62,864 bases of DNA from the NCBI GenBank assembly GCA_002245135.1, contig NGBS01001169.1:124001-186864 (forward strand). Reading direction: 5' to 3'. The notes below the pieces were generated by a model that did not search any database, was not told the DNA's origin, and saw only the letters and a list, made by a program, of their open reading frames with translations. The position numbers and the translations under genes are program-made. Shown here in pieces: positions 41,559 through 56,200 of the stretch (the first letter of the stretch is position 1; each line of letters opens with the position of its first letter). The DNA comes from Proteromonas lacertae (taxonomy: Eukaryota).

Positions 41559-42682
41559 ATGCTTTCTAATAGCTCATTAAGACAAACTGGTAAGTGCAGA
41601 TCAGGTAATATAAAAAGAGGTATCTATTTTATGTAATAAAACATAGGAGCTCCAAATGTACCAACAGGAATGACTCAAAGAGGTATGAAAGTGAAAATTC
41701 CAGTATAATAAATTATATTATAATTTTATTATTAATATAGAGATCAGCACCTTCAATTCCATCAAAGTTTGAAACAAACCTATACGCTGGTGATAAAGAG
41801 AAGAATGCATTTGGTTGTCGTGTTGATAGGTTTAGAAATACCAAAGAATCATTACCAGGACCTGGTGAATATCTATCTCTTGATAATGAATTGAAACAAA
41901 CAACATCTCTCTCTAAAAAGGGATATGGAAATGGTTTTTTATCAAAATCCCAACGATTTGATTTTCTTGGAGGAAATGCAAACCCAGGACCAGGAGAATA
42001 CATGCCATTAGGTAGATTTGACATAGATAAAGAACATCCAACCAGTACATTTAGAACGCATACTACCAAGCCAAGAATACAAAAACAAAAGATAGAACCA
42101 GGTCCAGGCAGTTATGATTATATTGAGAAAAATAAATCTGTAAAAAAACCATCATCAGTATTTCGATCAACTTCTGAAAGAAATCCAGAACCAATAGAAA
42201 TACTTCCAGGTCCTGGTGAATATACAAAGGATACATTTCCACCAATATATACTGTTACACATTTATCAAATATAAACAATACAGCTGGTTCAAATGCAGT
42301 GTTTAAATCCAAAGTTGAGAGAGATTTATTGTCTGGTATTTATAAAACACCTGGTCCAGGTCAATATAATCCAACTTTGGATATTAATAAAGTACAAAAT
42401 GTTGGTCCATCTAGTAGTTTTCAACATGGTCCTGGTAGAATTGAATTTGCTAGAAGAGATTATCCAGTTGGTCCAGGTTCTTATGATGTTGGTTATTATG
42501 AAGATTTGAAGAAGAAAATTAAGATGCCAATTGCTAATAGTACGTTTGTATCGAATGTTACAAGGAGCGGATTGGATAAGAGTAAATTGCGTAATGCAGC
42601 ACCTGGTCCTGCTTACTATACTGTTCAAGGAATTCCTGATAAAGAATCTTTTATATTGAACCAGAAGAGATTGTGGTTGTAA
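41559..42682 (+). CDS. SHIPPO/PGPGxY-repeat axonemal protein (STPG1/ODF3-like)
   Basis: Repeated PGPGEY/PGPGSY/PGPGQY/VGPGSY motifs, SAPSIPSK, SKKGYGNGF. Two 5' introns. Confidence 0.8.
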
Positions 42683-42837
42683 TTAATATTAATTTGTTTA
42701 ATAATATATCGTATTTATTTAACTATATATTTAAATTACAGATTTTGTATTTTTGGTTTATTTTTCACTATAGAATGACTAAATAATCCAAGCATGCATC
42801 CAAACTATTTTTGAGAAAAAACAACTGTCATATCTCA

Positions 42838-44216
42838 ATGTCGTCATCTCAGAGTTATCAAGAGTTATTACACTCACAGTTAAATGTATTTCTTTATATT
42901 TATCCACTATACAGCAAATAAAAGAATTACAGAAGAGTATTAGTCCATCAAAATCAAAACATAGTAATCAATATGTTCCAGAAGATGTTTCATTATCTCC
43001 GCAGAGATCTTATACCAAAACTATAATGCAATTGACAAAAGAACTTGAAAATGCTTTATCTGAAAAAGAAAGTATTTCGAATATATCAGCAAGGAAAATT
43101 AGTGATTTAAACAATCGTTGCTATCAACTTGAGAATAGAGTATATCAGATATGTTATTAATTTATAGATTAACGATTTAGAACTTCAACTTAAATCCTCT
43201 AAAAAGACAGAAAAGTTAATTAAAGATGATAGAGAACAAGTAAAAATGCAATATAACAATCTATTCCAAGAAATGAACAAAATAAGAAAAGAAGCAAATG
43301 AAAGTTTTGATGAAAGAGTAAAAGAATATGAAAAAAGAATAGAGCAATTGGATTGTGAAAAAATCGATTTACAAAGACAAATTGACAAATTCAATAGAAA
43401 AGTTATTCCAAAATATCAAGCAGAAATCGATGATTTAAAAGTGGAAAGAGAACAACTTTATCATGATGTTGAAGCATTAGGTGCTTTAGAACAACATTTA
43501 ACAGAGAATACAAGAGTATTAGCAGAAAAAGACATTGTATTAAACCAAATAAAAGAGAAATATAAAGAATTAAAACATCAATCTCATAGTGTTACAAAAG
43601 AAAGTGATAGATATATGGATATATTAATGAGTGTTGCTGGAACAGTGTTTAATATTGAAGATCCAACTATTTATACATATGATGCACTTATTAAAGAAAT
43701 GAGTAATAAATATACAACTCAAATGGAAGAAATTAGACAATTGACAGAGGAAATAAAGTGGCTGAAAGAATCTTTTGAGAATTTGAGAGAAAATAACAAT
43801 CAAATCATTATGGAAACATCACAAATTGCTGAAAGAAATGTATTTATTTATTATTATTGTTATTTATATAAATAATATAGACTGAACTATTAAAAGAAAA
43901 AGAGATGCTGATGGATCCAAATTCTCCTATTAATTTAAGAAAGCAAATACTCGATTCACAGGAACAAATTCAACAAATATCAAATCTATATAGACAGTCA
44001 GTAAAAGAATTAAAGAAGCAACAGAATAGATGTCAGAATATGTATTCAAAACTTCTAACGATGAGTGGTCCAAGACCTGGTTCAGATTCTATATGTTCAA
44101 AAGAAAATTGTTGTGCTAATAAATTTAGACCATATAGAACTAAGTCTAGTAAGTTTTTTACATCGGTATCAAAGAAGAAGTCAAGTGAAAGACCTTGGGG
44201 TAAAGGATATTGTTAA
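42838..44216 (+). CDS. Hypothetical coiled-coil protein
   Basis: Exons from ATG 42838 splice into the E/K/Q-rich ORFs 43246-43875 and 43905-44216. Confidence 0.6.
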
Positions 44217-44470
44217 ATCATCTTTTTCATCCTAGTTATTGTTGTAGTTTTTATATTTATTATTTATTAATTCTATTATATTATTATTATTTGTAATTAT
44301 TCTTCATATAACTATGATTAATGAAATGCGAAAAATATATTGTTTATATGACTACAATTTATTTTTCATACGTAGACAAGTTTAATGTTGATATCGTTGT
44401 CCCATCTCATAACAACTGATAAATCATAACTGTCATAATACAGTTTAAAATCAAAAAAGAAATTTGAATT

Positions 44471-44479
44471 TTCAAACAG
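44471..44479 (+). promoter_or_regulatory. Candidate promoter motif TTCAAACAG upstream of NEK
   Basis: About 50 nt upstream of ATG 44529, flanked by TTTGAA copies. Confidence 0.35.
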
Positions 44480-44528
44480 TTAATTTTTTAAAATTTGAAT
44501 TTATATTTCTTTAGTTTTTAATTTCTCA

Positions 44529-45666
44529 ATGAGCCTTCGAGATTTCAAACAAATTCAAATATTAGGAAAAGGTAGTTATGGTAATGTATACCGTGGCACC
44601 CGTATTACAGACGGACAAGTCTATGCAATCAAAGAAGTAGCAATCAATACTTTAAATGATGCAGAAAGGTATTATTATATAAGTTTATATTTATTTAGAA
44701 GCGATGCAGTAAATGAAATTCGATTTCTTGCTTCCAATCCACATCCATATATTGTAGCTTACTATGATGCATTTCTGGAGAATGATAAGCTTTACATAGT
44801 AATGGAATATGCAAAACACGGTGATCTTCACCAATTCATCCGAAAAGCATTTGCAAAAAAGAAGATGATTGAAGAAAACACTGTCTGGTCATACTTTATT
44901 CAACTTACCTTAGCTCTTCATGAACTTCACGGTAAAAGAATATTACACAGAGATATAAAAGCAAAGAATGTATTTTTACCATCTTACTCAAGAGTGGCAC
45001 TTGGTGATATGGGATGTTCCAAACATTTAAAAACTGATTTAACTCGAACTCAAGTAGGCACTCCTTATTATATGAGTCCAGAATTAATGAGAAAACAACC
45101 ATATGATAATAAAAGTGATATTTGGGCATTAGGTGTGTTATTGTATGAAATGATGGCTTTACACCCACCATTTATGGCTAATGATATGGATGGATTGAGT
45201 AAAAGAATATGTCAAGCAGTAGTTCCACCAATTCCAAAACATTACTCACCAGCATTAGGTGAAATTGTAAAATTATTATTAAAAAAGAGTCCAGCAGATA
45301 GACCCAATACTGATGCTATATTAAATATACCAGCAGTTCAAGAACATATGCATTTAGTGCCAGAGCCAAATGCTAAAGCACATACACCAACCTTACTATC
45401 AACTATTAAAGTACCAAGAAGAGTAAGTAGAAAAACTGCATTAAAATTACCAAAAGCAAGCTATCCAGTCAAAGAATTTGTTTTCAGACACACCAACTCC
45501 ACTAGACACAAAATTACCATCAGTTTCAATGAATGAAGCTGATAAAGAGAATAGAGTACCTTCAGTTATTCCATCTATCGCTGTTGATAAGAAGGTTGCT
45601 CCACATCGTCCTTCAGCTCCACCATCTGCTAGAAGTAGATCGGCGTATAGTAATAATAGACATTAA
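44529..45666 (+). CDS. NEK: NIMA-related kinase (NEK; active motifs; ciliary Cnk2-like)
   Basis: GKGSYG, YAIKEV, HRDIKAKN, DMG, TQVGTPYYMSPE, LLSTIKVP..LPKASY. In-frame 30-nt intron 44669-44698. The C-terminal tail continues in another frame after ~45480. Confidence 0.88.
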
Positions 45667-45788
45667 ATTATATATCTTTGTACATTTTTTCTTATTATAT
45701 TAATGCTTTTGTGTTGATTTAGAAATAGATTTATCAAAAACAAATGAGAATAGATAAACAATAAATAAATTTCTTTTAAAATAATTGT

Positions 45789-45804
45789 GGTGCTAAAAAG
45801 CACC
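45789..45804 (-). promoter_or_regulatory. Histone 3'-UTR stem-loop
   Basis: Minus strand reads AAACA-GGTGCT-TTTT-AGCACC-ACAA, 27 nt after the H4 stop: a 6-bp stem with a 4-nt loop. Confidence 0.8.
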
Positions 45805-45831
45805 TGTTTATAATTGTTTTTAATAGACAAT

Positions 45832-46146
<315 letters not shown>

Positions 46147-46430
46147 TTATAATGAGAATATGAAATGTGAAATATTCAAGAAAAGTGAGAATGAAAAAAT
46201 TGTATCTTTTTAATGTAATAATCCCTAGCAATTGAATATAAAGAAAATGATTGGTTGAAGTTGAGATTTTGATCTTTAGCATCAAGCCTTGCTTGACTTT
46301 TTATCTTTGTTTAATTCGTCATATAGAACTATATATGCCACAATATTATTATAATCATATCATATGAATATGTTTTTGTTCAAATACATCAATAAACAAT
46401 CAACAAATTCACATTGACAATATTAACAAA

Positions 46431-49400
46431 TTAGATTTTATCAATAAAATAATAATGACATTCATAATCACCATTCTTGTCTGTTCTCCACAACAATTCA
46501 TTTTTATTTTCATCAATTCTTTCTAATTCATCATCTTCAAACATAGATTCACCATGATTCACTTTAAATAACTCTATATATACACTTCCTTCGTTTCTCA
46601 ATTCATCCAATACAAAATATACATCGACAGGATGAAATGTAGGTATTAAACCACAGATATTTAACTCACTAATTCCAGGATTTTCATTGATATGTAATTT
46701 GATTTGATTCTTTACCTTTTCATATAGACTAGTATTTACTTCTCCATTTAATTCAATCCAAGGTCTTATTACTGATTTACATGTTTCTAAATCAAGTTCT
46801 ATATCAGAATGCTTAGTTTTACTATCAGTTAAATCAATATAATTACCTGTTCTTAATCTTTCACGTTTTTCTTGAGCTATTCTTTCCTCAAATGTTTGTG
46901 TTTGAATTAACTCCACAGAACTTCTTCTTCTTTTCTTCTTTACACTTTGTATTGCTTCAACTACTGGCATTAATCTTTTCTTTGGTTTGTTCAATATTTC
47001 ATTATCATCATCATCTTCTTCTTCTTCAACATCATCTTTATCTTTCTTTTCATTCAATGTTGATAGAGGTGTTGATGTTTGAGGAGTTGGAATTGTTGTA
47101 GATTCATTATCACTGTCACTTTCATTTAATGTACGAATATCTAATACTCTTGGCTTGTAGATAAACCATTTGGATAATAATGGAGAATCTTTAAGATATA
47201 GATAATAATCATCAATTGCAGGTATTATTACTAATTCATCTTGATTCAATAATTGTATTACAGATTGAACTATATCTTCTCTTCTAAACTGAGACATTTT
47301 CTCTTCCATTTGGCTAATAGTAATTCCATCATCATCTATTAATTAATTAAGATAAACATCAAAAAAAGTGTATACGATTCTCTCTTACATAATCATAAAC
47401 TGTATTTTCCACTTCTTGATTTCTGTCAATTCTTATCTTTGTAAGATTCTCTTTATTAATATAATCATAAATTGAGTTATTGGCACTTGCTGACCTTTTA
47501 TATTCAATTGTAAATAGAGGTATAAATCTCTCTTTTTCTTGTGAATTCTCTTTTTCATATAATTTCTCTAAATGTGATTGAACACCTCCATGTGGTTGCG
47601 AGATAAATACTTTATTGATTTTTGAATCATCTATTGGTTCTTCTGAGCTTATTTCAAATGAAATCTTTCCATTCACTAATAATTGACAAAATGTTATTAA
47701 TTTTGACGATGAACTATATATATTAACATAAATATCTCTTTATACCTTTCTTCTGAATTTGGTTTGTAGATAGTTGGTATATTTCCATTCGTATAATCTT
47801 CAATTAGTTGTTTATTAATATCAAAGAAATTTGAAGAATAGATATAATATTGACTGAAATACAATGGAAGAGAATCAGTCAAGAATTTCTAATACAAAAA
47901 TAAAAAACTCACAATAATACTTGTGAAAATGAATAAGATGTTAAACCTTTCTTTCTAGTTATATAATGAAGACTCCATAAATGTAATAACTCATAAGATA
48001 ATTCATCTGACGGATAAATCTAATCAACAAATATATTAATAATAATACGGATAGATATAGATCAATTATTTTTGATATTAAGTTTTTATATTCATTATCA
48101 TCAGTGATTGTTTTATCATTAATAACAAATCCATCTGTTGGACAATCATGATTCCAATATATTTCAAGAATTCTCTTTGTTAAACTTGGATATTGAGATG
48201 ACTGAATTGGAGGTGGATCATCAATTACAATACTTCCATTATTATTATTTGTATTGTTGTTTTGAATGGAATTAGTATCAATGTGATATATTCTTACAAG
48301 TTTTGATAATGTATAAGTCAAAAATAATCTCTTTATTTTCTCACTACATTTATCAGCATCAATAGCCATTTCTGATTCTATTCTCTCCCAATTAATATTA
48401 TATCTAACTGGCAATATAGGTTTTGGCTCAACTGGTAAGTTGTTATAATTATAAGCTAAATAGGTTGGTAAGGTTTTAGTTACATAAGATTCTTGTTTTT
48501 CTATTAAGTATATAGTCAATAACCTCTTAATCATCTCTTTTGTCCATCTTACTCTATACAAATAAAGAAATATAAAGAAATACTCTGTCAATTCATTCAC
48601 ATCATCATCATTTCTTCCAAATGGCTTTATTGATTTTCTTGTTGCTTTACTCTTTCGTTTGGTTCTTTTTACTCTCTTTTTAGATTGTTGATCATCATTC
48701 TTTGCTGTTTCTGTTTTTCTTTTTCTCCTTTTTGCTTGTTCAGATGTATTTTTCTTTACTAATTTATGTGATTTCTATTCATTAATATAATAATATAATA
48801 TAATAGAATGAAATACAAGAGAATTCAATCCTTTTCTTCGATTTGTTGTGACATTCTTCCATGCTCTCCTTAATAAAATATTTGGTATACTCTTCACTAA
48901 TGACTCATCTAAATGACCTTTCAATGAGTTAGTAAAACAGATTGAATATAATCTATCAAAATAATTAGATATATCTCCTTCTTCTTTTAAATGGAATAGT
49001 CTAAAAAAAACATATAGATGAATATAATATTAAATATACTCTCTATCTTTATATTTATCTTTTACAGGAATATAAGTATTATCAGGAATTTCTATTGGAC
49101 GATTTAAAGTTGCTAACAGATTCTGATTTCTTTGAATTTCGTCATAAATACCATTCTTTTCGCATGGAATAGGTATTCGTGGTTCAATTAGAAGCTGTAA
49201 TTTCTCAATTACATCAAACATTCTAACACAACTTGGAATTAATCTTTTCAAATAAAATTCATTCAATATTTCATGTGGTAATTCTGACATTAATTTCTGC
49301 TTGTTGTTTATATAATATTGAACTGCTTCATTTGACACTTCACTATCCAACTAAATAGATAATAATAATAATCATATAATCAATATATATATATACCTCA

Positions 49401-51386
49401 AATAATTGTGTATATTCTTCAAGAGTAAGTGATAATATAATCTGTGAAAAACTAAATGCACTCTTTCCAGTTCTATTTAAAAAAAAGTAAAAAATAAATA
49501 TTAATATAAAAATACTGGTTCATATATCTAAAGCAACAATCCATAAACATCTGTACTCTTTTCATCAATATAGGATTAAAACCCATTTGAAAGGACTATT
49601 CAACAATATATGATATAAGTAATTAATATCATACTTGTATTCTAGATTGAGTTTGCTTTACTATTTTTGTGGGAGAAGGAATAGTTTCAATGTTGTTTAT
49701 ATTCTCATCTATTAATTAATATAATAATAATACAATATATATATATATATATATATACACTTCAATGTTACACATTTCAACATTTGTCTATAATCATCTA
49801 AATACTTCAACACTTCAGGCATTCCACAATCCCAGTCAACTCGTAGTATCAATTTAATGATTTTACTATATGATAATGAATAACGATGATTAACTTCAAC
49901 CTATTATATGAGATTTAACAATATAATACAATTTTTAGTTTATTATCTTTCTCCAAATCACTAACATATTTATTAATCACTCTTCTATCTATCAACATAT
50001 GATATTTATCTCTCATTCTCCTTTTTAAATCAATATCAGATAATACACCGCATTTCATCACTTCATCATAAATATACTTCTTTCTTTCTTCTATATAATT
50101 CACTTTATTCTTTACTACTCTTTCTGCTTCATCTAGAATTAATCGAGGAATGAATGAAACTGGAACTATTTAACATAACATTACACTATTATATTATTAT
50201 ACAGTCTATTTTGTTGGTTATTTGAGTTTGTCTTATTCCATTTACCATTATTTGAATAGCATCTATGAATTTTGCTTTTTTAAATTGATCAATGATAGAT
50301 TCAATTTGTTTAACTTGAACATTTAAAAACTCTGATAATAACCTAATTGATGTACCATTTACACTCACTATTATCATTATTATTATAACAAATTTAAAAA
50401 TAAATTATAGTATAATTATACAAACAATAATTCTATATATTTGGGATGCTAAAGATAAATTCTTTGTATATCCACTAAATGATGATTTAATTATCATTCT
50501 ATCATCTTTTGCGGCAGTCTTTTCAGATTCTTCAACTAGTTTTAATGCACTTTTAGTAATATTTCCTTGTTTAAAATTACATTTCGTTATTGATGGTCCT
50601 TTAAATCTATTTATATAATTATCTTTCCATTCTATATTTTCAAATTGGAATTTTTCTTTTATTGTCTCTGCTGACATACAATGAGTATTACTTGCCTTTA
50701 ATAATTCATACACTTTGTCATAAGCAATCTGAAATGGATCTTCCTATAGATATAATAAATATATATTTTATACATTACATTTTGATTTAAACACATTCAT
50801 CCATACTCTATTAATATTTGTTGTTGCTGTTGATGAAGTTCTTAATAACACTTTATATACTAAACCAAGTTCTTCTAAACGAGAGATTGTATAATGAACT
50901 TTCTTTTTATCTATTTCTAATAATGAACTTAAATCAGTTAATAATATTCCTTCTTCTCTATGTTTTGCTATTTCATTTAATACATTCATATCTGAATCCG
51001 TTAGATTGTTTATTTTGTTAGTCAATCCCAGTATACTCTCTCTCTTTAATATTGATAATGACAGAAATGTATTAACTGGTGGATAAACACATGATTTTTT
51101 ATCTAAACCTTTTCCTAAATGATCTTGAAATATAATATTATCAGACTTCTTCATAATACTCCATATCTTCTTCTTCATAAATTCATCTAAATTAAACCTA
51201 TTGTATGAAAGAATGTGTTAAAAAATACTTTTTCCTAAATAATTCACATAAAACATTGAATTCAACAACAGGGAATCCTTCTGTTGCTAGTATCAACATA
51301 AGCTCATTTAACACTTTCTATATAAATATAATATCTTTAAAATATACTTTAGGAGTTATAAACGTGCTGTTTTTCTGCTCCTGCAT
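46431..51386 (-). CDS. GTF3C1: TFIIIC B-block-binding subunit (Tfc3/GTF3C1-like), many exons
   Basis: Winged-helix B-block signature VLNEIAKHREEGILLTDLSSLLEIDKKKVHYTISRLEELGLV; IDRRVINKYVSDL; RVRWT; PWIELNGEVN..IKLHINENPGIS. Confidence 0.72.
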
Positions 51387-51450
51387 TCAGATAAAAAAGA
51401 AAATAGAAAAGGTTTGGCTTGAATATATCAATTTTCATTTTTGTTTTTAG

Positions 51451-51792
51451 ATGGAACGAAGTGAGTTTTATGCCGAATTAGAGAAGTATCCAAAAGTAAG
51501 AGGTGATGATTATTATAATGTCCCATCAGTATGCTTAGCTTCTCTATTTTTTAGGGTTTTAAAAAACAGGTGTCTTTTCCTCAAGCTCCTTCAACAGAAA
51601 TTATTCCTACACAAGAAATTTTACTTCATAATCAATTTAAAAATATTGTTCCAATAGAAATTCTAGATACATTTGTTTCAAAGGTTATAGAAGTATTATT
51701 GTTATTTATAATCTAAAATATAGAATGAAAAAAATATAATAAATAAATTATCACTTGATGAACTAGAAGAATTAACTAAATATTTACAGTAA
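51451..51792 (+). CDS. Small hypothetical protein
   Basis: MERSEFYAELEKYPKVRGDDY.. spliced through two short introns to ..LSLDELEELTKYLQ*. Confidence 0.55.
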
Positions 51793-51847
51793 CACTAATT
51801 AATTTATTTTAAACATATTTTTTTATATGTTTCAATTATATTTTTTC

Positions 51848-52555
51848 TTATTTAACTATTCCCTTTTTCATTAATTCCATATGAAGAGTCATTACTTCAT
51901 TTTCTAAATCTTCTAGTGGGTTAGTTTCAACTTCATTTTCTATTGGAATTGAGGATATAGATTGTGTAAAGGATGTTGATGAGTTTCTATGAGTATCAAT
52001 ATATGATTTGTCTGATTCAAGTGAAGTATAAAAGAGTTTTTGTAGTTTCATAAACTGATTAAAGGGATTTGTTAAATTCTCATATGATGATGATGATGGT
52101 CGAGATGGTTTATTTGGTTGTTCTATTGATTTTATTACATCTTTGTTTTCTTTTAGTTTCTTATGTACTTTATTGTGTTTTATTTTCTTCAAATGTAAAT
52201 GTGGTATATATTGTGGATTTTTAGATGGTATTATTTTATCCTCTACTGTTTTGGATTTATTATTGGATTTTCTTGGAGGTGATGTTGATTTTGATCGATT
52301 AGGTATTAATGGCTTAGATCTTGATGATAGTGGAGTTGCTGATCTCCTCCTTGACCAATTCTGCATTAACACTGTGGGAGGTATACTCTAAGCAAATAAT
52401 AAGTATTATTAATATACATGTGAGTGTAAATGAACAGATGGATTGCATGATATAGTCACATTAGGAGTATCCACAGATATACTCTCCAATTCAGTATCCT
52501 AACAATATATAATATCAGTTAATACTAATCCGATGTAAGTTTTTCTATGCTCCAT
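51848..52555 (-). CDS. Hypothetical basic, Ser-rich protein
   Basis: ORF 51848-52372 plus two upstream exons from ATG 52555. Confidence 0.5.
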
Positions 52556-52673
52556 TAGACAAAGGTATTTATTTACTATTTATCTCTTAAAATCAAAAAA
52601 TCAAAACATAAATTTAAAAATCAAACAAACCATAATCAAGCATTTTATCAAAATAATTCTTTTCTGCTTTATC

Positions 52674-53133
52674 ATGAACATATTACATCTTTACAACCAC
52701 AATATTCTGAATAAATTATATAGATCATTTGCAACACGTAGTTTTTTTCTAGTATAATATTGCTTTAGAATTAGAAACAACAATGATAAGCAAAATTACC
52801 AAAGAATTAAATCCTAAACACATTGAAGTATTGAATGATTGTCAAAATCATGGTTATCCACCAGTATTCAATTCGAATTAATAAATATTATAGGAGACTG
52901 AAGCATATTTTAAAATAATTGTAGTATCTGATAAATTTGAAGGAAAATCAATAATTCAATGTCATAGATTAGTCTTATCGACATTGAAAGAAGAATTGGT
53001 TAAACCTGTATTACATTTAAAGTTATATGCTTTATAGATTCACTCAATAAGCATTGTTGCAAAAACACCAAAGCAATGGGATGATTCTCATCATTTTATT
53101 CCTGAAAGCCCTGCTTGTCAAAATTTCACTTAA
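52674..53133 (+). CDS. BOLA1: BolA-family protein (BolA1-like), probable mitochondrial/MRO presequence
   Basis: Spliced LNPKHIEVLNDCQNHG..EAYFKIIVVSDKFEGKSIIQCHRLV..IHSISIVAKTPKQW..SPAC. Not in the ORF track because of three introns. Confidence 0.85.
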
Positions 53134-53189
53134 TTCTAGTTATTTATAAATATATTTTTGGTTTTGTTTAACACACTTTTTCAAAATGG

Positions 53190-53198
53190 CTGTTTGAA
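53190..53198 (+). promoter_or_regulatory. Candidate promoter motif CTGTTTGAA
   Basis: About 77 nt upstream of ATG 53275, with further TTTGAA/TTCAAA copies nearby. Confidence 0.35.
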
Positions 53199-53274
53199 AT
53201 TTAAAAATAAATTAAACAGCTATTTTTGAAATTCAAATTTAGAAGAATAAATTATCATATTAATCGTTAGCTAG

Positions 53275-56200
53275 ATGGTATTTTAAGGTTATTATATTCT
53301 AGGAAGAAGAAAATAATGATTGTATTTCCGTTGCACCTGAAAGCGAGACTGTTATGGAAGTAGAGAATAGTTTTGATTTAATTATCAAAGAAAAGGATGA
53401 AGAAATAGAAAGATTAAAAAGTACAATTGAAGAGTTACAAGAAATTTGTGATCATATCCCCAAAGAAAGCAAATGTGATAATTGTGAGATTAAAGAACTA
53501 GAAGAGAGAATTGCTGTATATAAAATGTCATTTTATTATATAGGATCTATCTGTATATAAATCAAAGTATGAAGATTCTGAAAAGAAGAATATGCAATTA
53601 CTTAATCAACAAGAAGAGGACAATAAGATCATTCTTAAACTACAATGTCAAATTACTGAACTAAATGAACAACTGATTGATGTAACAGGTAAATCAGATA
53701 GACTTCGAGAAACTCAAGAAATTCTAGAAGAAGAAATGCAGAAAACAATCAACTCATATGAAGAGAAATTGAAGCATTTACAACCACAACAATCATCTGT
53801 TGAACAATCTAAAGAAAATAATGAATACATCAATGAAATAAGTCATTATAAGCAATACATTATTCAACTTGAAAGTGAAATAAATAACCACATTTCAACC
53901 AATGAGAATTTGAGACATGAAATAGAAAACTTAAACAAAGATATTGATCATGCAAAATCCGAAAGATTAGAAGTAGAAAATCAAATGAACTTACATATAG
54001 TTGATATGGAAAATATCTTACAACAATCAAGCTATGAAATTGAAACATTAAAGAATGAATGTATTAAGCTTACAAGTGAAAATGAGATAATCAAAGAAGA
54101 ATACAACAATATGATATATAATAAGGATGATATAATTCAGCAGTTGAATGAAAGAATAAGTTCATTAAATCAAGAAAATAGTGAGAGTAAGAAAAATGAT
54201 TCAATGCTATATGAAGAAGAAAAAAAGAATATACTCAACGAATTACAAACTAAATCAGATGAATTAGCAGAATTGAGTCAAAAATATGAGATATTATCAA
54301 ATGAAAAAGAAAATATTGAGAAAATGTTTAGTGATAGTAAAATGAATTATGAAAAAAAGATTACTGAATTACAGAATCAAATCAATGAAATTAATCAAAA
54401 ATCTTTACAAGAAAGTGATGAATTACAGTCAAAAATAGAAGCAATGATAAATGAAAAAGATAAAAATGAAAATACATTAAATCAACAGATTAGTGAATAT
54501 GAAGTGAAAATAAATGAATTAATTGCACAGATGAATGACACCAAATGCATTATGGAAATATCTTACAATGAACATTTAAGTGAATTTGAGACTAAGATGA
54601 AAGAATTATCTTCTCAATTAGATGAAGAATTAAGTCACAATCAACAATTATCTCAAGAAATAGATGAATTAAAAACTCAATTAGATAAAGTAAAAGAAGA
54701 AAAAGTACAGAATGAGAATGATTACAATAACTTAATAGAATCACAAAAATCAGAATTAGAAAGTGAAAAAGAAAAAATTGAAGAAGAATACAAAAACAAA
54801 ACTGAGTTATATGAACAAAAAATAGAAAAACATAAACAAGAAATCGATAGTCAAAACAGTATACTGAATAGTAATAAAGAAGAAATTACATCACTTTGTT
54901 CAAAGATAACTGAAATAACAAAAGAAAAAGAATCATTGGATGTATTAATAAAAAATACAGTTGAGAATTATGAAGTAAAAATATCTGATATTCAGAACGA
55001 ACACAGTGAGAAAATAAACCAACTAAACAGTGAATTAGGAGAAAGAAAAGTAAATGAATCAAATTTATTAAATCAAATTCAAGAATATAACCAAAAAATG
55101 AATGAGTTGGTATCTCAAATTAACTTTATGAATGAGCAACAAAACATGACTTCACATGATTATGTCATTAAAATCAATGAATTAGAAAGTAAAATCAATG
55201 AAATAACAGGAATGAATGAGAATGAAAAGAACTTAATTAACCAATACCAACAAAAGATTAATGATTTTATAACCGAAAGAGATAATATGTCGAAAGAAAT
55301 AGAAGTAAAAGAATCAACAATATCTGAACTACAGAACAAAATAAGTGAAATAACATCAGCTTACAAAGAAGAGAAAAACACTATAATGAATCAATATCAA
55401 CAACAAATCGATGATGTTACATCCGAAAAAGATAATCTATTCAGTGAAATAGAAGAAAAACAAGCATCATTAACTGATCTAGAAAATAAAATAGCTGAGA
55501 TTACATTAGAGAAGGAGAGTTTATCAAAAGAAATAGAGAATAGAGAGTCAACAATTTCTGAATTAGAAAACAAAGTAAATGAAATTGCATCAAACAACCA
55601 AGAGGAGAAGAATAACATGGTTAATCAATATCAACAACAAATGAACAAAATGACTGAAGAAAGAGATAATCTCTCTAAAGAGATTGAAGAAAAACAATCA
55701 ACAATTTTAGAATTACAAGATATGATGAAAGATATCTCTACATCATCTGAAGAAGAAAAGAAGAATATCATTAGCCAATATGAAAGTCAAATGAACAAAA
55801 TGACTGAAGAAAGAGATAACTTATCTAAAGAGATTGAAGAAAAGCAATCAACAATATCTGAATTAGAGAATAAGATGAATGAATTAACAACATCTAACGA
55901 AGAAGAGAAGAATAATATGGTTAATCAATACCAACAACAAATGAACAAAATGACTGAAGAAAGAGATAATCTCTCTAAAGAGATTGAAGAAAAACAATCA
56001 ACAATTTTAGAATTACAAGATATGATGAAAGATATCTCTACATCATCTGAAGAAGAAAAGAAGAATATCATTAGCCAATATGAAAGTCAAATGAACAAAA
56101 TGACTGAAGAAAGAGATAACTTATCTAAAGAGATTGAAGAAAAGCAATCAACAATATCTGAATTAGAGAATAAGATGAATGAATTAACAACATCTAACGA

